Shown here piece after piece: positions 48,072 to 56,747 of a stretch of 64,000 nucleotides of DNA. Origin of the DNA: Alphaproteobacteria bacterium. GTDB lineage: Bacteria; Pseudomonadota; Alphaproteobacteria; RF32; CAG-239. A program made the position numbers and the translations under genes. The stretch covers positions 67,745 through 131,744 of the forward strand of contig JBGULQ010000013.1 in the NCBI GenBank assembly GCA_045116295.1. The letters are read 5' to 3'. The number at the start of each line of letters is the position of its first letter. The stretch's first letter is position 1. A model generated the notes under the pieces. The model had not been told where the DNA came from. It did no database searches and saw nothing but the letters and a program-made list of their open reading frames with translations.

Positions 48072-48622
48072 GCCTTTTTACCTTTCCGCATACTCAACCC
48101 CAAAACAGCAGCACCGCAAACGACCCACGCCGGCGACACTGAAACAGCTAACATCAACACCGCCACCCCAACAAAAATCAAAAATTGATATATGTCTTTG
48201 ATGTTCTTTTTGCTCATATTTAGTACAATGTCCGCAATCAATGCCGTAACTACAACGCGGATTCCCGTAAACGCATGCAATACATATTCATTATTCAAAA
48301 ACAAACTTATAATACCTGCCAAGGCCAAAATTATAATCAGCGACGGAGTAATTATTCCCATGGTTGCAGCTATTGCCCCCTTAACACCGGCAAGTTTATA
48401 ACCGGTAAAAGTAGAAACATTCACTGCAATAATCCCTGGGGTACATTGCCCGATAGCATAATAATCCACTACTTCTTTTTCGCTCAGCCATTTTTTTCGT
48501 TCAACCACTTCTGCCTGCAATAGCGGTAATATTGCAGCCCCACCGCCGAACATAAACATTCCAACCTTAAAAAATGTCATAAAAAGTTTGATTATCATTT
48601 TAATTTTTTCCACCGGTTTCAA
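48068..48622 (-). CDS. Chromate transporter (CHR) family protein, first half-size subunit
   Basis: 184 aa. FFKVGMFMFGGGAAILPLLQ...TPGIIAVNVSTFTGY. It overlaps the downstream paralogue by 4 nt. Confidence 0.85.
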   Translation of the reverse strand: MKPVEKIKMIIKLFMTFFKVGMFMFGGGAAILPLLQAEVVERKKWLSEKEVVDYYAIGQCTPGIIAVNVSTFTGYKLAGVKGAIAATMGIITPSLIIILALAGIISLFLNNEYVLHAFTGIRVVVTALIADIVLNMSKKNIKDIYQFLIFVGVAVLMLAVSVSPAWVVCGAAVLGLSMRKGKKA

Positions 48623-48680
48623 AATTTATTATCGTCACTATATACAAATAAGCTTTCACAATTATTAAACAGGAGCAAAA

Positions 48681-49643
48681 ATGCTTATTGGTACAATCAA
48701 AGAAACAACTAAAGACGAAAATAGAGTTGCCACAACCCCTGATACCGTAAAAAAATTAACATCTGACGGCATACAATTTATCATTGAAAAAAATGCAGGC
48801 CTAGCCGCCGGATTCACCGATGAACAATATGTCTTAAACGGAGCTGAAATCTGCGATTCACCTCAACAAATATGTGCAAATTGCAACATACTTTTCAAAA
48901 TATGGGCTCCATCTCACCAAGAATGCACGTGGCTCTCAAATTCTCCACTTGTTATCGCTGATTTTCGTCGCGCTGACAAATTTCTATGCCAAACATTTCG
49001 CGCTTTTGCACTCAACAAAATTCCCCGCATTTCGCGTTCCCAAAGCATGGATATTTTATCATCTCAGGACAATCTCAGCGGTTACAAAGCAACAATCATT
49101 GCTTCTAATATTTGCAATCGCATTGCGCCCTTGATGATAACATCTGCGGGGACACTTCCCCCGTTAAAATTTTTAATTTTAGGATTAGGAGTATGCGGAT
49201 TACAAGCGGCTGCAACCGCCAAACGTCTTGGAGCCAAAGTTTATGCTACAGATATTCGCCACGAAACCAAAGAGCAGGCCTTATCCGTAGGAGCGGTTTT
49301 TCTCGATTCGATTGCTGATTTTTCAGACTATGACATTATAATCACCTGTGCCGGAAGCTTTCCCGATGCTCCGATTCTCATTACTCCTGCAATACATAAT
49401 ACCATACCATCTTCAAGTATTATTGTTGATGTCAGCGGCAATGTGGACCCTTCAATTTTATCCTCAAATATTTTGCGTGAGTACAATCTTCCTTCAAAAA
49501 TCGCCAACTCGGCAAGCCTTCTTTTTTCAAACAATCTCTACAATTTCTTTCGGCTTATTTATGATTTTTCGGCACAAAACTTTAATCTTGATTTTCAGGA
49601 TGAAATCATAAACGCCACTTTTATGGGAGAAAAAAATAAATGA
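48681..49643 (+). CDS. pntA: NAD(P) transhydrogenase subunit alpha part 1 (dI), unusually short
   Basis: 320 aa. IGTIKETTKDENRVATTPDTVKKL, PRISRSQSMDILSSQDNLSGYKA, GLGVCGLQAAATAKRLGAKVYATDIR. Confidence 0.88.
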   Translation: MLIGTIKETTKDENRVATTPDTVKKLTSDGIQFIIEKNAGLAAGFTDEQYVLNGAEICDSPQQICANCNILFKIWAPSHQECTWLSNSPLVIADFRRADKFLCQTFRAFALNKIPRISRSQSMDILSSQDNLSGYKATIIASNICNRIAPLMITSAGTLPPLKFLILGLGVCGLQAAATAKRLGAKVYATDIRHETKEQALSVGAVFLDSIADFSDYDIIITCAGSFPDAPILITPAIHNTIPSSSIIVDVSGNVDPSILSSNILREYNLPSKIANSASLLFSNNLYNFFRLIYDFSAQNFNLDFQDEIINATFMGEKNK

Positions 49644-49912
49644 TTAATTTAAGTATTTTGCTTGTAATTTTTACTCTCTCTGCTTTTCTCGGATACTTTG
49701 CCGTCCTTGGTGTAACACCCGCACTATACTCTCCTTTTATGAGTATATCCAACGCCATATCCGGCATTGTCATTGTTGGAGCCATCACCCAACATAGCTC
49801 TGACATCTGGAATTTTCTTGCTGTTTTTCTAGCCTCAATCAACATTTTTGGTGGATTTGCCGTATCATCTCGCATGCTCACCATGTTCAAAAAAAAGGAG
49901 CATAAAAATTGA
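49640..49912 (+). CDS. pntA: NAD(P) transhydrogenase subunit alpha part 2 (membrane)
   Basis: 90-aa protein with 3 TM helices. ISNAISGIVIVGAI motif, overlapping starts and stops with its neighbours. Confidence 0.9.
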   Translation: MINLSILLVIFTLSAFLGYFAVLGVTPALYSPFMSISNAISGIVIVGAITQHSSDIWNFLAVFLASINIFGGFAVSSRMLTMFKKKEHKN

Positions 49913-51240
49913 ATTTAATTTACATTTATCTGCTTTGCATCTGTGCCATAATTCTTGCTATACGCTTTATGGCATCTCCACAAACTGCCTCTCTCGGCGC
50001 GGGTATCGGCGGTTTTGCCATGTTTCTGGCAATTATCTCTGACTTTGTGCCTATCCCTCAAAATGCACAATATTTAATATCTGCTATCATCTTAGGCGCA
50101 CTCATCGGCATATATTTAGGACTAAAAATTAAAATAACATCATTACCGCAAATGGTAGCACTTCTCAACGGCCTTGGCGGCGGAGCAGTCGTTTGTATTG
50201 CAATCGGAGACATGCATACTTTTTCTCCGGCGCTAATTCTTGGCGGTATAATCGGTGCCATAACTTTTTCCGGTTCAACTGTCGCTTTTTGTAAATTACA
50301 AGGAATTTTATCAAACAAAATCACTCGTTTTTTTAACCCGATAATCATCAACTTGGCGTTTTTAATCCTTGTCATATTCTTCTCATCAATGCTTCATCAA
50401 CAGGCTTCTGCAACATACTACTTTGTTCTAATTGTCACATCTTTCCTTTGGGGAATTTTTATGGTATTACCTGTTGGCGGCGCCGATATGCCTATCATAA
50501 TTTCTATCCTAAACGCATTTTCCGGCTGGAATTCCGTAGCTGTAGGATTCGCTCAACAAAATATTTTGCTCATATCCGTCGGCTCAATTATTGGCATTGG
50601 AGGCATAATTCTTGCACAAATTATGATCAATGCCGCAAACTCATCTTTGCTGAAATTGTTTTTCCAACACCGACAAAACACTACGCCTTCTGCCTCTGAA
50701 CGAACCGGAAATGCAAAAAATATCAGCCCACAAGATGCAGCTTTTATCATGAAGAATGCCGACAAAGTTATAATTGTCCCCGGTTTTGGTATGGCAGCAG
50801 CCTCTGCCCAACATGCTCTCAAAAACATGGCCGATATACTGCGCAATCGATTCGCTGTCGATGTCAAATACGCCATTCACCCAGTCGCCGGGCGTATGCC
50901 GGGGCATATGAATGTTCTATTGGCAGAAGCCAATGTAAACTATGATGAAGTTTTTGAGCTGGAAGATATCAACCACGAATTTTCTAAAACTGACGTTGCT
51001 TATGTAATCGGAGCCAACGACATAACCAACCCCGATGCCGCTGACAATCCTCAATCGCCACTTTTTGGCATGCCTATTCTTGAGGCACAAAAAGCCAAAA
51101 CCGTCATTTTTGTAAAGCGCACCCTCAACAGCGGATACTCAGGCGTTGACAATCCGCTGTTTTTTGCTCCCAACACTTTTATGCTATATGGTGACGCAAA
51201 AAAAATAACCGAAGAAGTTGATAAATTTTTAGAACAATAA
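49909..51240 (+). CDS. pntB: NAD(P) transhydrogenase subunit beta
   Basis: 443 aa. Membrane domain plus dIII: IIVPGFGMAAASAQHAL...IHPVAGRMPGHMNVLLAEANV...VIGANDITNP. Confidence 0.97.
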   Translation: MNLIYIYLLCICAIILAIRFMASPQTASLGAGIGGFAMFLAIISDFVPIPQNAQYLISAIILGALIGIYLGLKIKITSLPQMVALLNGLGGGAVVCIAIGDMHTFSPALILGGIIGAITFSGSTVAFCKLQGILSNKITRFFNPIIINLAFLILVIFFSSMLHQQASATYYFVLIVTSFLWGIFMVLPVGGADMPIIISILNAFSGWNSVAVGFAQQNILLISVGSIIGIGGIILAQIMINAANSSLLKLFFQHRQNTTPSASERTGNAKNISPQDAAFIMKNADKVIIVPGFGMAAASAQHALKNMADILRNRFAVDVKYAIHPVAGRMPGHMNVLLAEANVNYDEVFELEDINHEFSKTDVAYVIGANDITNPDAADNPQSPLFGMPILEAQKAKTVIFVKRTLNSGYSGVDNPLFFAPNTFMLYGDAKKITEEVDKFLEQ

Positions 51241-51792
51241 CATGCTCAGTCCTATAAGCGCAAGTATTCCATAAAGGATCACACCTTTCGGATACATAAA
51301 CGCTACCCGAAAATCAGCGCCGGACGGAACCGCATTTTCAATAATTATCGTCTGCAACAACACATATAAAATATAATTAACAGCCGTCAGTTTAATAGTC
51401 GGCAAAAAATACCTGTTCAAATAAAAACCAATAAACAGCAACAATAACGGAGCCATTGCCGACGGCACCGCATTATAAAAGCGAACATTCCGAAACGCCA
51501 CACTGCCGGTCACATATCCGCCATTTAAATCTCTTTTTGGAAAAAGCGTAAAATTACAAGGCCTTGCATTCAAAATTGCGCCTACCATATAGTGCATCAA
51601 CTCATGCAAAGCCGTTCCCGGAATATTTACCAATGCGGTCATAAACATACTGTCATATGTTTGATACTTCAACCGCACCAACACAATCACAAGCAGAATA
51701 AGAAAAAATCGATTGTTAACCAGCAGATTTAAGACCTCGGGACTATTAATCCAACGATTAAAACCATAAAATAACTGTTGCAAAAACTCCAT
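51229..51792 (-). CDS. Polytopic membrane protein with an HExxH motif (putative membrane zinc metallopeptidase)
   Basis: 187 aa. GTALHELMHYMVG next to TM helices. It lies immediately downstream of, and contiguous with, a TetR gene. Confidence 0.55.
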   Translation of the reverse strand: MEFLQQLFYGFNRWINSPEVLNLLVNNRFFLILLVIVLVRLKYQTYDSMFMTALVNIPGTALHELMHYMVGAILNARPCNFTLFPKRDLNGGYVTGSVAFRNVRFYNAVPSAMAPLLLLFIGFYLNRYFLPTIKLTAVNYILYVLLQTIIIENAVPSGADFRVAFMYPKGVILYGILALIGLSMLLF

Positions 51793-52383
51793 TTAGTTTT
51801 TCTCCAAAAGGGTAACACCTGCCAAAAATGTGTTTACAAAAATTCGGCACATATTTTTACCTGATTGAACATCTACCGATCCTGATGCCAACAATGCACT
51901 CAGCCCAAACAAACCCGATTCGAGAACATTTTTAACAACTTTGCAACGCCCCCTGTTCAGCCCCGGAAACAATCGTTCAAAACTATCTGTAGTCAGTCCA
52001 AATAACCTAAACAAACGCCTTTTATAGCTCATCGGCAATTTATAATCTTTTCTGCTCAAATGAAAATTATACAACAACAACCAAAGTTCATTGTTTTCCG
52101 TTACAAATTTTGTAAAAATTTCAATCATCAAATTCAGATTATAATAGCTATCGTTGGTATAATCCGCAACATACAGTTTATCCGCCAACTCTCTCAGCGT
52201 AATTTCATTTTGTTCAGCAACAAAGTCATCCATACTGCTGAATTGGTTATAAATAGTTCCTATTGAACACCCCGAGGCCTCTGACAGTTTACGTGCCGTC
52301 AAAAACTCCTGTCCTTTATCCTTAACAAGATTTCTGCCTGCTCCAAGCAATTTTTGATGTATTTCTTCTTTGATATTCTGCAT
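51793..52383 (-). CDS. TetR/AcrR family transcriptional regulator
   Basis: 196 aa. N-terminal HTH: FLTARKLSEASGCSIGTIYNQFSSMDDF. Confidence 0.85.
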   Translation of the reverse strand: MQNIKEEIHQKLLGAGRNLVKDKGQEFLTARKLSEASGCSIGTIYNQFSSMDDFVAEQNEITLRELADKLYVADYTNDSYYNLNLMIEIFTKFVTENNELWLLLYNFHLSRKDYKLPMSYKRRLFRLFGLTTDSFERLFPGLNRGRCKVVKNVLESGLFGLSALLASGSVDVQSGKNMCRIFVNTFLAGVTLLEKN

Positions 52384-52478
52384 ATTTTCATATTTTAATG
52401 GAATGTTTGTAAATTAAGGATATAATACAACAATTATGAACAGTGTTCAATTTTTTTATATCATAAGAGGATAATTCA

Positions 52479-53360
52479 ATGTCAAAATTTTGGTTTTCTG
52501 CATTATCTTTTGCTTTAGCGCTTGTTTTTGCAACAAAATCCGCCATTTCTGAAGACTTTTATCAAGATGTCCTGATTTCAAATGACCTCAAACTGCAAGA
52601 TAGTGCTGATGGAGCCCAAGACAAAGCAAGTTCTCTGCTCAACTCGCAAGCACATCAAATCAAAATTGAAAACATTCAACCGCCTCTGCCTTTTCGTTTT
52701 GAACGCCAAAACGGGGTTGATGGAAAAACTGCTCCGCACCATACCGTTCCAGCTTCACAGGAAAGTGTTGTCACAAAATATGGTGAAGCCCCTTTCGGAC
52801 TGGCTTGGGGAGGCTCTTATAATCAGATAAAATCATTGGGGGTCAACCTTGTCAGAACTGAAATCAAGGATTTGCCTAACAGCTTTTTTGCCACAACTTT
52901 ACCCAAGGATCTCCCCGGATTCAACCAAGTAGTTATCTCTTTTGGCGAAAATAATTTACTATGGAAAATTACTGCTTACAGCATTATGCTCGATGACACA
53001 CCTGATGCATCTCAAGCTTTGCAAATTTACCGCAAATATTATGATTTGCTTGAACAAAAATACGGCAATGCACAACAATTTTTCACTCCCAAAATCTCAA
53101 CAATTGAAAAAGTTGTTAAAGACAAAGACGGAAAAGATATTACCGAAACCACAAAAGTGGAAGAACCTATCGGAAATAAAAACTTTTTGGCCCAACTACA
53201 AAGTGGCGAAGCCGAATTATATGCAACCTTTGAAAATCACAAAGTCGGTGCAGCTCTCAGCATTAATGTTGACGGTAATGGCAAAAGTTATGTAATAATA
53301 AACTTTACCAACCTTGAGATTTTTAAGGAACGTGAACAAAAAGTACTCGATGCTCTATAA
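52479..53360 (+). CDS. Secreted hypothetical protein
   Basis: 293 aa. Signal peptide MSKFWFSALSFALALVFATKSA. No family recognised. Confidence 0.6.
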   Translation: MSKFWFSALSFALALVFATKSAISEDFYQDVLISNDLKLQDSADGAQDKASSLLNSQAHQIKIENIQPPLPFRFERQNGVDGKTAPHHTVPASQESVVTKYGEAPFGLAWGGSYNQIKSLGVNLVRTEIKDLPNSFFATTLPKDLPGFNQVVISFGENNLLWKITAYSIMLDDTPDASQALQIYRKYYDLLEQKYGNAQQFFTPKISTIEKVVKDKDGKDITETTKVEEPIGNKNFLAQLQSGEAELYATFENHKVGAALSINVDGNGKSYVIINFTNLEIFKEREQKVLDAL

Positions 53361-53376
53361 CTGAAGGAATACTAAG

Positions 53377-54738
53377 ATGAAAAAAGTTTGTTTTTGCGGA
53401 ATTTCTGGCAATGGAATGAGTCCCCTTGCCCAAATTTTAAGCCTCAAAGGATACGAAGTTTACGGATCAGATCGCAGCTTTGATGTGGGTCGCGATGCCG
53501 ACCGCCGACAAGCATTGGAAGAAATGGGTATTAAAATAATTCCGCAAGACGGCAGCTGCATAACCGATGACATGAGCATATACATTTCCGCCGCACTTGA
53601 CGAGAACAATCCCGACGTTAAAGCTGCACTGCAACTCGGCCTGCCGATAAAGAAACGCTCGGATCTCCTTGCTCAAATATTTTCTGAATATAAATATGGC
53701 ATTGCAATTGGTGGTACATCCGGAAAAACCACTACTACTGCCATGATTGGCTATATTTTGAACACTCTTAACAAAAAACCATGCATGATAAACGGCGGAA
53801 TGCTCCGCAACTACGAAAAGCAGAAAGGTATCTCCAATTTTATATACAACACGGAAGACATCTGCGTTATTGAGGCAGATGAGAGCGACGGCTCTATTTG
53901 TAAATATTATCCGAATGTTGGAATTATTAATAATATTTCACACGACCACACATCTATGGAAAAACTGCAACAATATTTTTCAACTTTTGCATCACACGTC
54001 AAAGATGCTCTTATTATTAATTATGATTGTGAATTAACACGCAATATGCAACATGCAAACGCAATCACTTTTTCAACAACAAATCCTAACGCTGATTTTT
54101 ACGCAAACAATATTCGTTTCAATGCCGAAGGTCTTGAATATACTTTCCGCGGACAAGATTTCCGCTTAAAATTGTTTGGCGCATTCAATGTTTCAAACGC
54201 CCTTGCTGCAATTGCTGCCTGCACACAAGCCGGTATTGATCCCTTGACCGCAGCCCAAACATTAGAGGGATTTTTAGGCATTCAACGTCGCTTAGAAATT
54301 GTTGGAACTACCAAAACCAACATAACTCTTATTGATGACTTTGCTCACAACCCCAGCAAAATCGGCTCATCCCTTGGCGCCCTGAAAGAATACAACGGCA
54401 GATTGATTGTGATGTACCAATCTCACAGCGCATTCTCTGCCCAAAATACCGGACACGAAGTCGCAGAAGTCGTTGCTAAGACGCTTGATAAAGATGATAT
54501 TTTCCTCATGCCTGAAGTATATATGCTAAACCCTGAAATCGATAAGGGAATTACTGCTGCCAATATCATAAATGATATCAAATCTTTTGGCTTCAGCAAT
54601 GCGCATTTCCTTAAAACTCAGGAAGAAATCCATGACTTTATCGCCCAAAACGCTAAAGCTGGTGACCGCATAGTCATTATGGGAGCAAGAGACAACACTC
54701 TACCGACATTCAGCCGTCAGTTGTTAAAAGAGTTGTAA
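53377..54738 (+). CDS. Mur ligase family protein, MurC-like (UDP-N-acetylmuramate--L-alanine ligase type)
   Basis: 453 aa. GISGNGMSPLAQILSLKGYEVYGSD (MurC-type Rossmann N-terminus), ATP site GIAIGGTSGKTTTTAMIGYIL, and DDFAHNPSKI. Not in a dcw context within this window. Confidence 0.8.
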   Translation: MKKVCFCGISGNGMSPLAQILSLKGYEVYGSDRSFDVGRDADRRQALEEMGIKIIPQDGSCITDDMSIYISAALDENNPDVKAALQLGLPIKKRSDLLAQIFSEYKYGIAIGGTSGKTTTTAMIGYILNTLNKKPCMINGGMLRNYEKQKGISNFIYNTEDICVIEADESDGSICKYYPNVGIINNISHDHTSMEKLQQYFSTFASHVKDALIINYDCELTRNMQHANAITFSTTNPNADFYANNIRFNAEGLEYTFRGQDFRLKLFGAFNVSNALAAIAACTQAGIDPLTAAQTLEGFLGIQRRLEIVGTTKTNITLIDDFAHNPSKIGSSLGALKEYNGRLIVMYQSHSAFSAQNTGHEVAEVVAKTLDKDDIFLMPEVYMLNPEIDKGITAANIINDIKSFGFSNAHFLKTQEEIHDFIAQNAKAGDRIVIMGARDNTLPTFSRQLLKEL

Positions 54739-54749
54739 TCATATATCGT

Positions 54750-55430
54750 TTATAAATTGCTCAGCAGTCCAATCAAATACCGCACATTATCTAAACTAAG
54801 TTTCCACACCAGGTTTTGATAAAGCATAACTCCGCCCCAACCACGGGTATTAAAAGCGAGCAAGCATCCCAATATCCAAAAATTTGCCCCTGGCAAAAAC
54901 ATCACACAAAACGGATAGCCAACCTTTTTCAAATCGGTCTGTTTTTCGTGTATCTGCGACAAAACAGTATCAACATGATACCCTATCAAATATCCGAAAA
55001 ACACTGAAAGGATCCAGTTCATCGGCATAATACGAAGATAAATTGTTGCACCAATCATATAAACAAGACAAAACAATGGGAAAAAATATGGCGCAATAAT
55101 TATTAACCAATTTCCTTTTCCCAAAAAACCCATTGATCCGCCGGAATTGTCATCTGCAACCCTCACATGCTGAACCTTATGCAGAGTTAAAATAGCAAAA
55201 AAACTGTGTGTCAACTCATGCGCAATAATTTGCATTGACGTTTTGGTGGCAGAGTCCATAGACATAGACCCCACGAAATACACAAAAAAACCGCCAATAA
55301 GTGCTATAAAATACACACTTCTAAAATTAAAATACGGTATGGACTGGAAAAACGTCGGCACTGTTAAAAGAGCCAAGAAAGCCACCGGCCACTTAAACAA
55401 GTTTACTATTTTATCTAGGATATCGCTCAT
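54750..55430 (-). CDS. Polytopic membrane protein with an HExxH motif (M50-like metallopeptidase)
   Basis: 226 aa. IIAHELTHSFFA followed by several TM helices. Confidence 0.55.
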   Translation of the reverse strand: MSDILDKIVNLFKWPVAFLALLTVPTFFQSIPYFNFRSVYFIALIGGFFVYFVGSMSMDSATKTSMQIIAHELTHSFFAILTLHKVQHVRVADDNSGGSMGFLGKGNWLIIIAPYFFPLFCLVYMIGATIYLRIMPMNWILSVFFGYLIGYHVDTVLSQIHEKQTDLKKVGYPFCVMFLPGANFWILGCLLAFNTRGWGGVMLYQNLVWKLSLDNVRYLIGLLSNL

Positions 55431-55539
55431 GGAAACAGATTATATAATAAATTTTATCAAAATCTATAAAAATTAAATCATATATTAACATTCGTGTTTT
55501 AAAATCACATCACAAACAGTTATTTTGAAAGCAAAAACA

Positions 55540-55827
55540 ATGGACGATACATTCGATTTTATCATTAATGATGAAGATGAGGTCTTGCTGCTTATATTTG
55601 CTCGCGAAGGTGATCCTAAAGACCCTGTTATCGAGATTAATCCCGAAACCAAAACAGCAATTCTCCATCGTAACGACGAAGACAACATAATGCTTTATGA
55701 AGTACCGGACGACGTTATCGACAGTCTTCAGGATGCCGATAACCTGCTCGTTTGCGAACTAAGCAAAGAAGAGCGCGAAGAAGACTCAAAAATTGTTCGC
55801 GCCTATGAAGCAGACATCAGCCTTTAA
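55540..55827 (+). CDS. Small acidic hypothetical protein
   Basis: ORF 55525-55827 (TTG). An ATG at 55540 gives MDDTFDFIINDEDEVLLL. No family recognised. Confidence 0.45.
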   Translation: MDDTFDFIINDEDEVLLLIFAREGDPKDPVIEINPETKTAILHRNDEDNIMLYEVPDDVIDSLQDADNLLVCELSKEEREEDSKIVRAYEADISL

Positions 55828-56747
55828 TCAATAAGCATATTGTCCAGTCTTTCTTCATCAAATCCCGCGGGATCCTGATGTATTATAACCTGAGATTTCG
55901 GGTATCTGTTTTTTATCTCTTTTTCAACAATCGCTGTCAAACGATGCGCCTCATATAATGATAAATTGCCATCAAGCTCCAGATGTAACTCAAACCAATA
56001 GACCCCTCCCAGATCTCTCGTACGTAAATCATGAACCCCATAACAAAAATCATAGTTTTCAATTGCCTTTATAATCTCGCTTCGTACTTCTTCCGGCAAT
56101 TCTTTATCCATAAGCACTGCTACAGCTTCTTTAGCAATCTTAAAAGCATTATGAAGCAAATACGCTGAAACGAACACTGCTGCTAACGGATCAAACCACT
56201 CCAAATTCCAGATTTTTACCACCAACAAACTCAAAATAATCGAAATATTGGTTACAATATCAACCGCATAATGCACACTGTCAGCATCGACTGCTAATGA
56301 TTTTGTTCTTTTTGCCACATATCGTTGAAAAACAACCACCGCCAACGTCAACGCCAAACTCAGCACCATCACTCCTACGCCAAGATTCATTGCCGTCAGC
56401 TTTGTCGGATTTATAAAACGATCCACACCTTCATAGATAACAAACAATCCAGAACCGGCAATAAAAGCTGATTGCACAAGAGCACTCAAGGCCTCAGCCT
56501 TGCCAAACCCATACCTATGCTTAAAACTTGCCGGCAACGAAGAAAAGCGAACCGCCACAAAGGCTGCAACCGATGCAAAAATATCAGATATGCTGTCAAC
56601 GAGTGATGATAATATAGCCAACGACCCTGTATACAGCGATGCAAACAACTTTATCAGCATGAGACCAACAGCTAGCGATACGCCTGCCATTGTTGCAAGC
56701 TTTTTCAGCTTGTCATCGCTCACGTTTTTCAGCAGACCTGACCACAT
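55824..56747 (-). CDS. Cation diffusion facilitator (CDF) family transporter
   Basis: 307 aa. TGSLAILSSLVDSISD, HYAVDIVTN and a C-terminal cytoplasmic domain (HDLRTRDLGG...ELHLELD). Confidence 0.9.
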   Translation of the reverse strand: MWSGLLKNVSDDKLKKLATMAGVSLAVGLMLIKLFASLYTGSLAILSSLVDSISDIFASVAAFVAVRFSSLPASFKHRYGFGKAEALSALVQSAFIAGSGLFVIYEGVDRFINPTKLTAMNLGVGVMVLSLALTLAVVVFQRYVAKRTKSLAVDADSVHYAVDIVTNISIILSLLVVKIWNLEWFDPLAAVFVSAYLLHNAFKIAKEAVAVLMDKELPEEVRSEIIKAIENYDFCYGVHDLRTRDLGGVYWFELHLELDGNLSLYEAHRLTAIVEKEIKNRYPKSQVIIHQDPAGFDEERLDNMLID

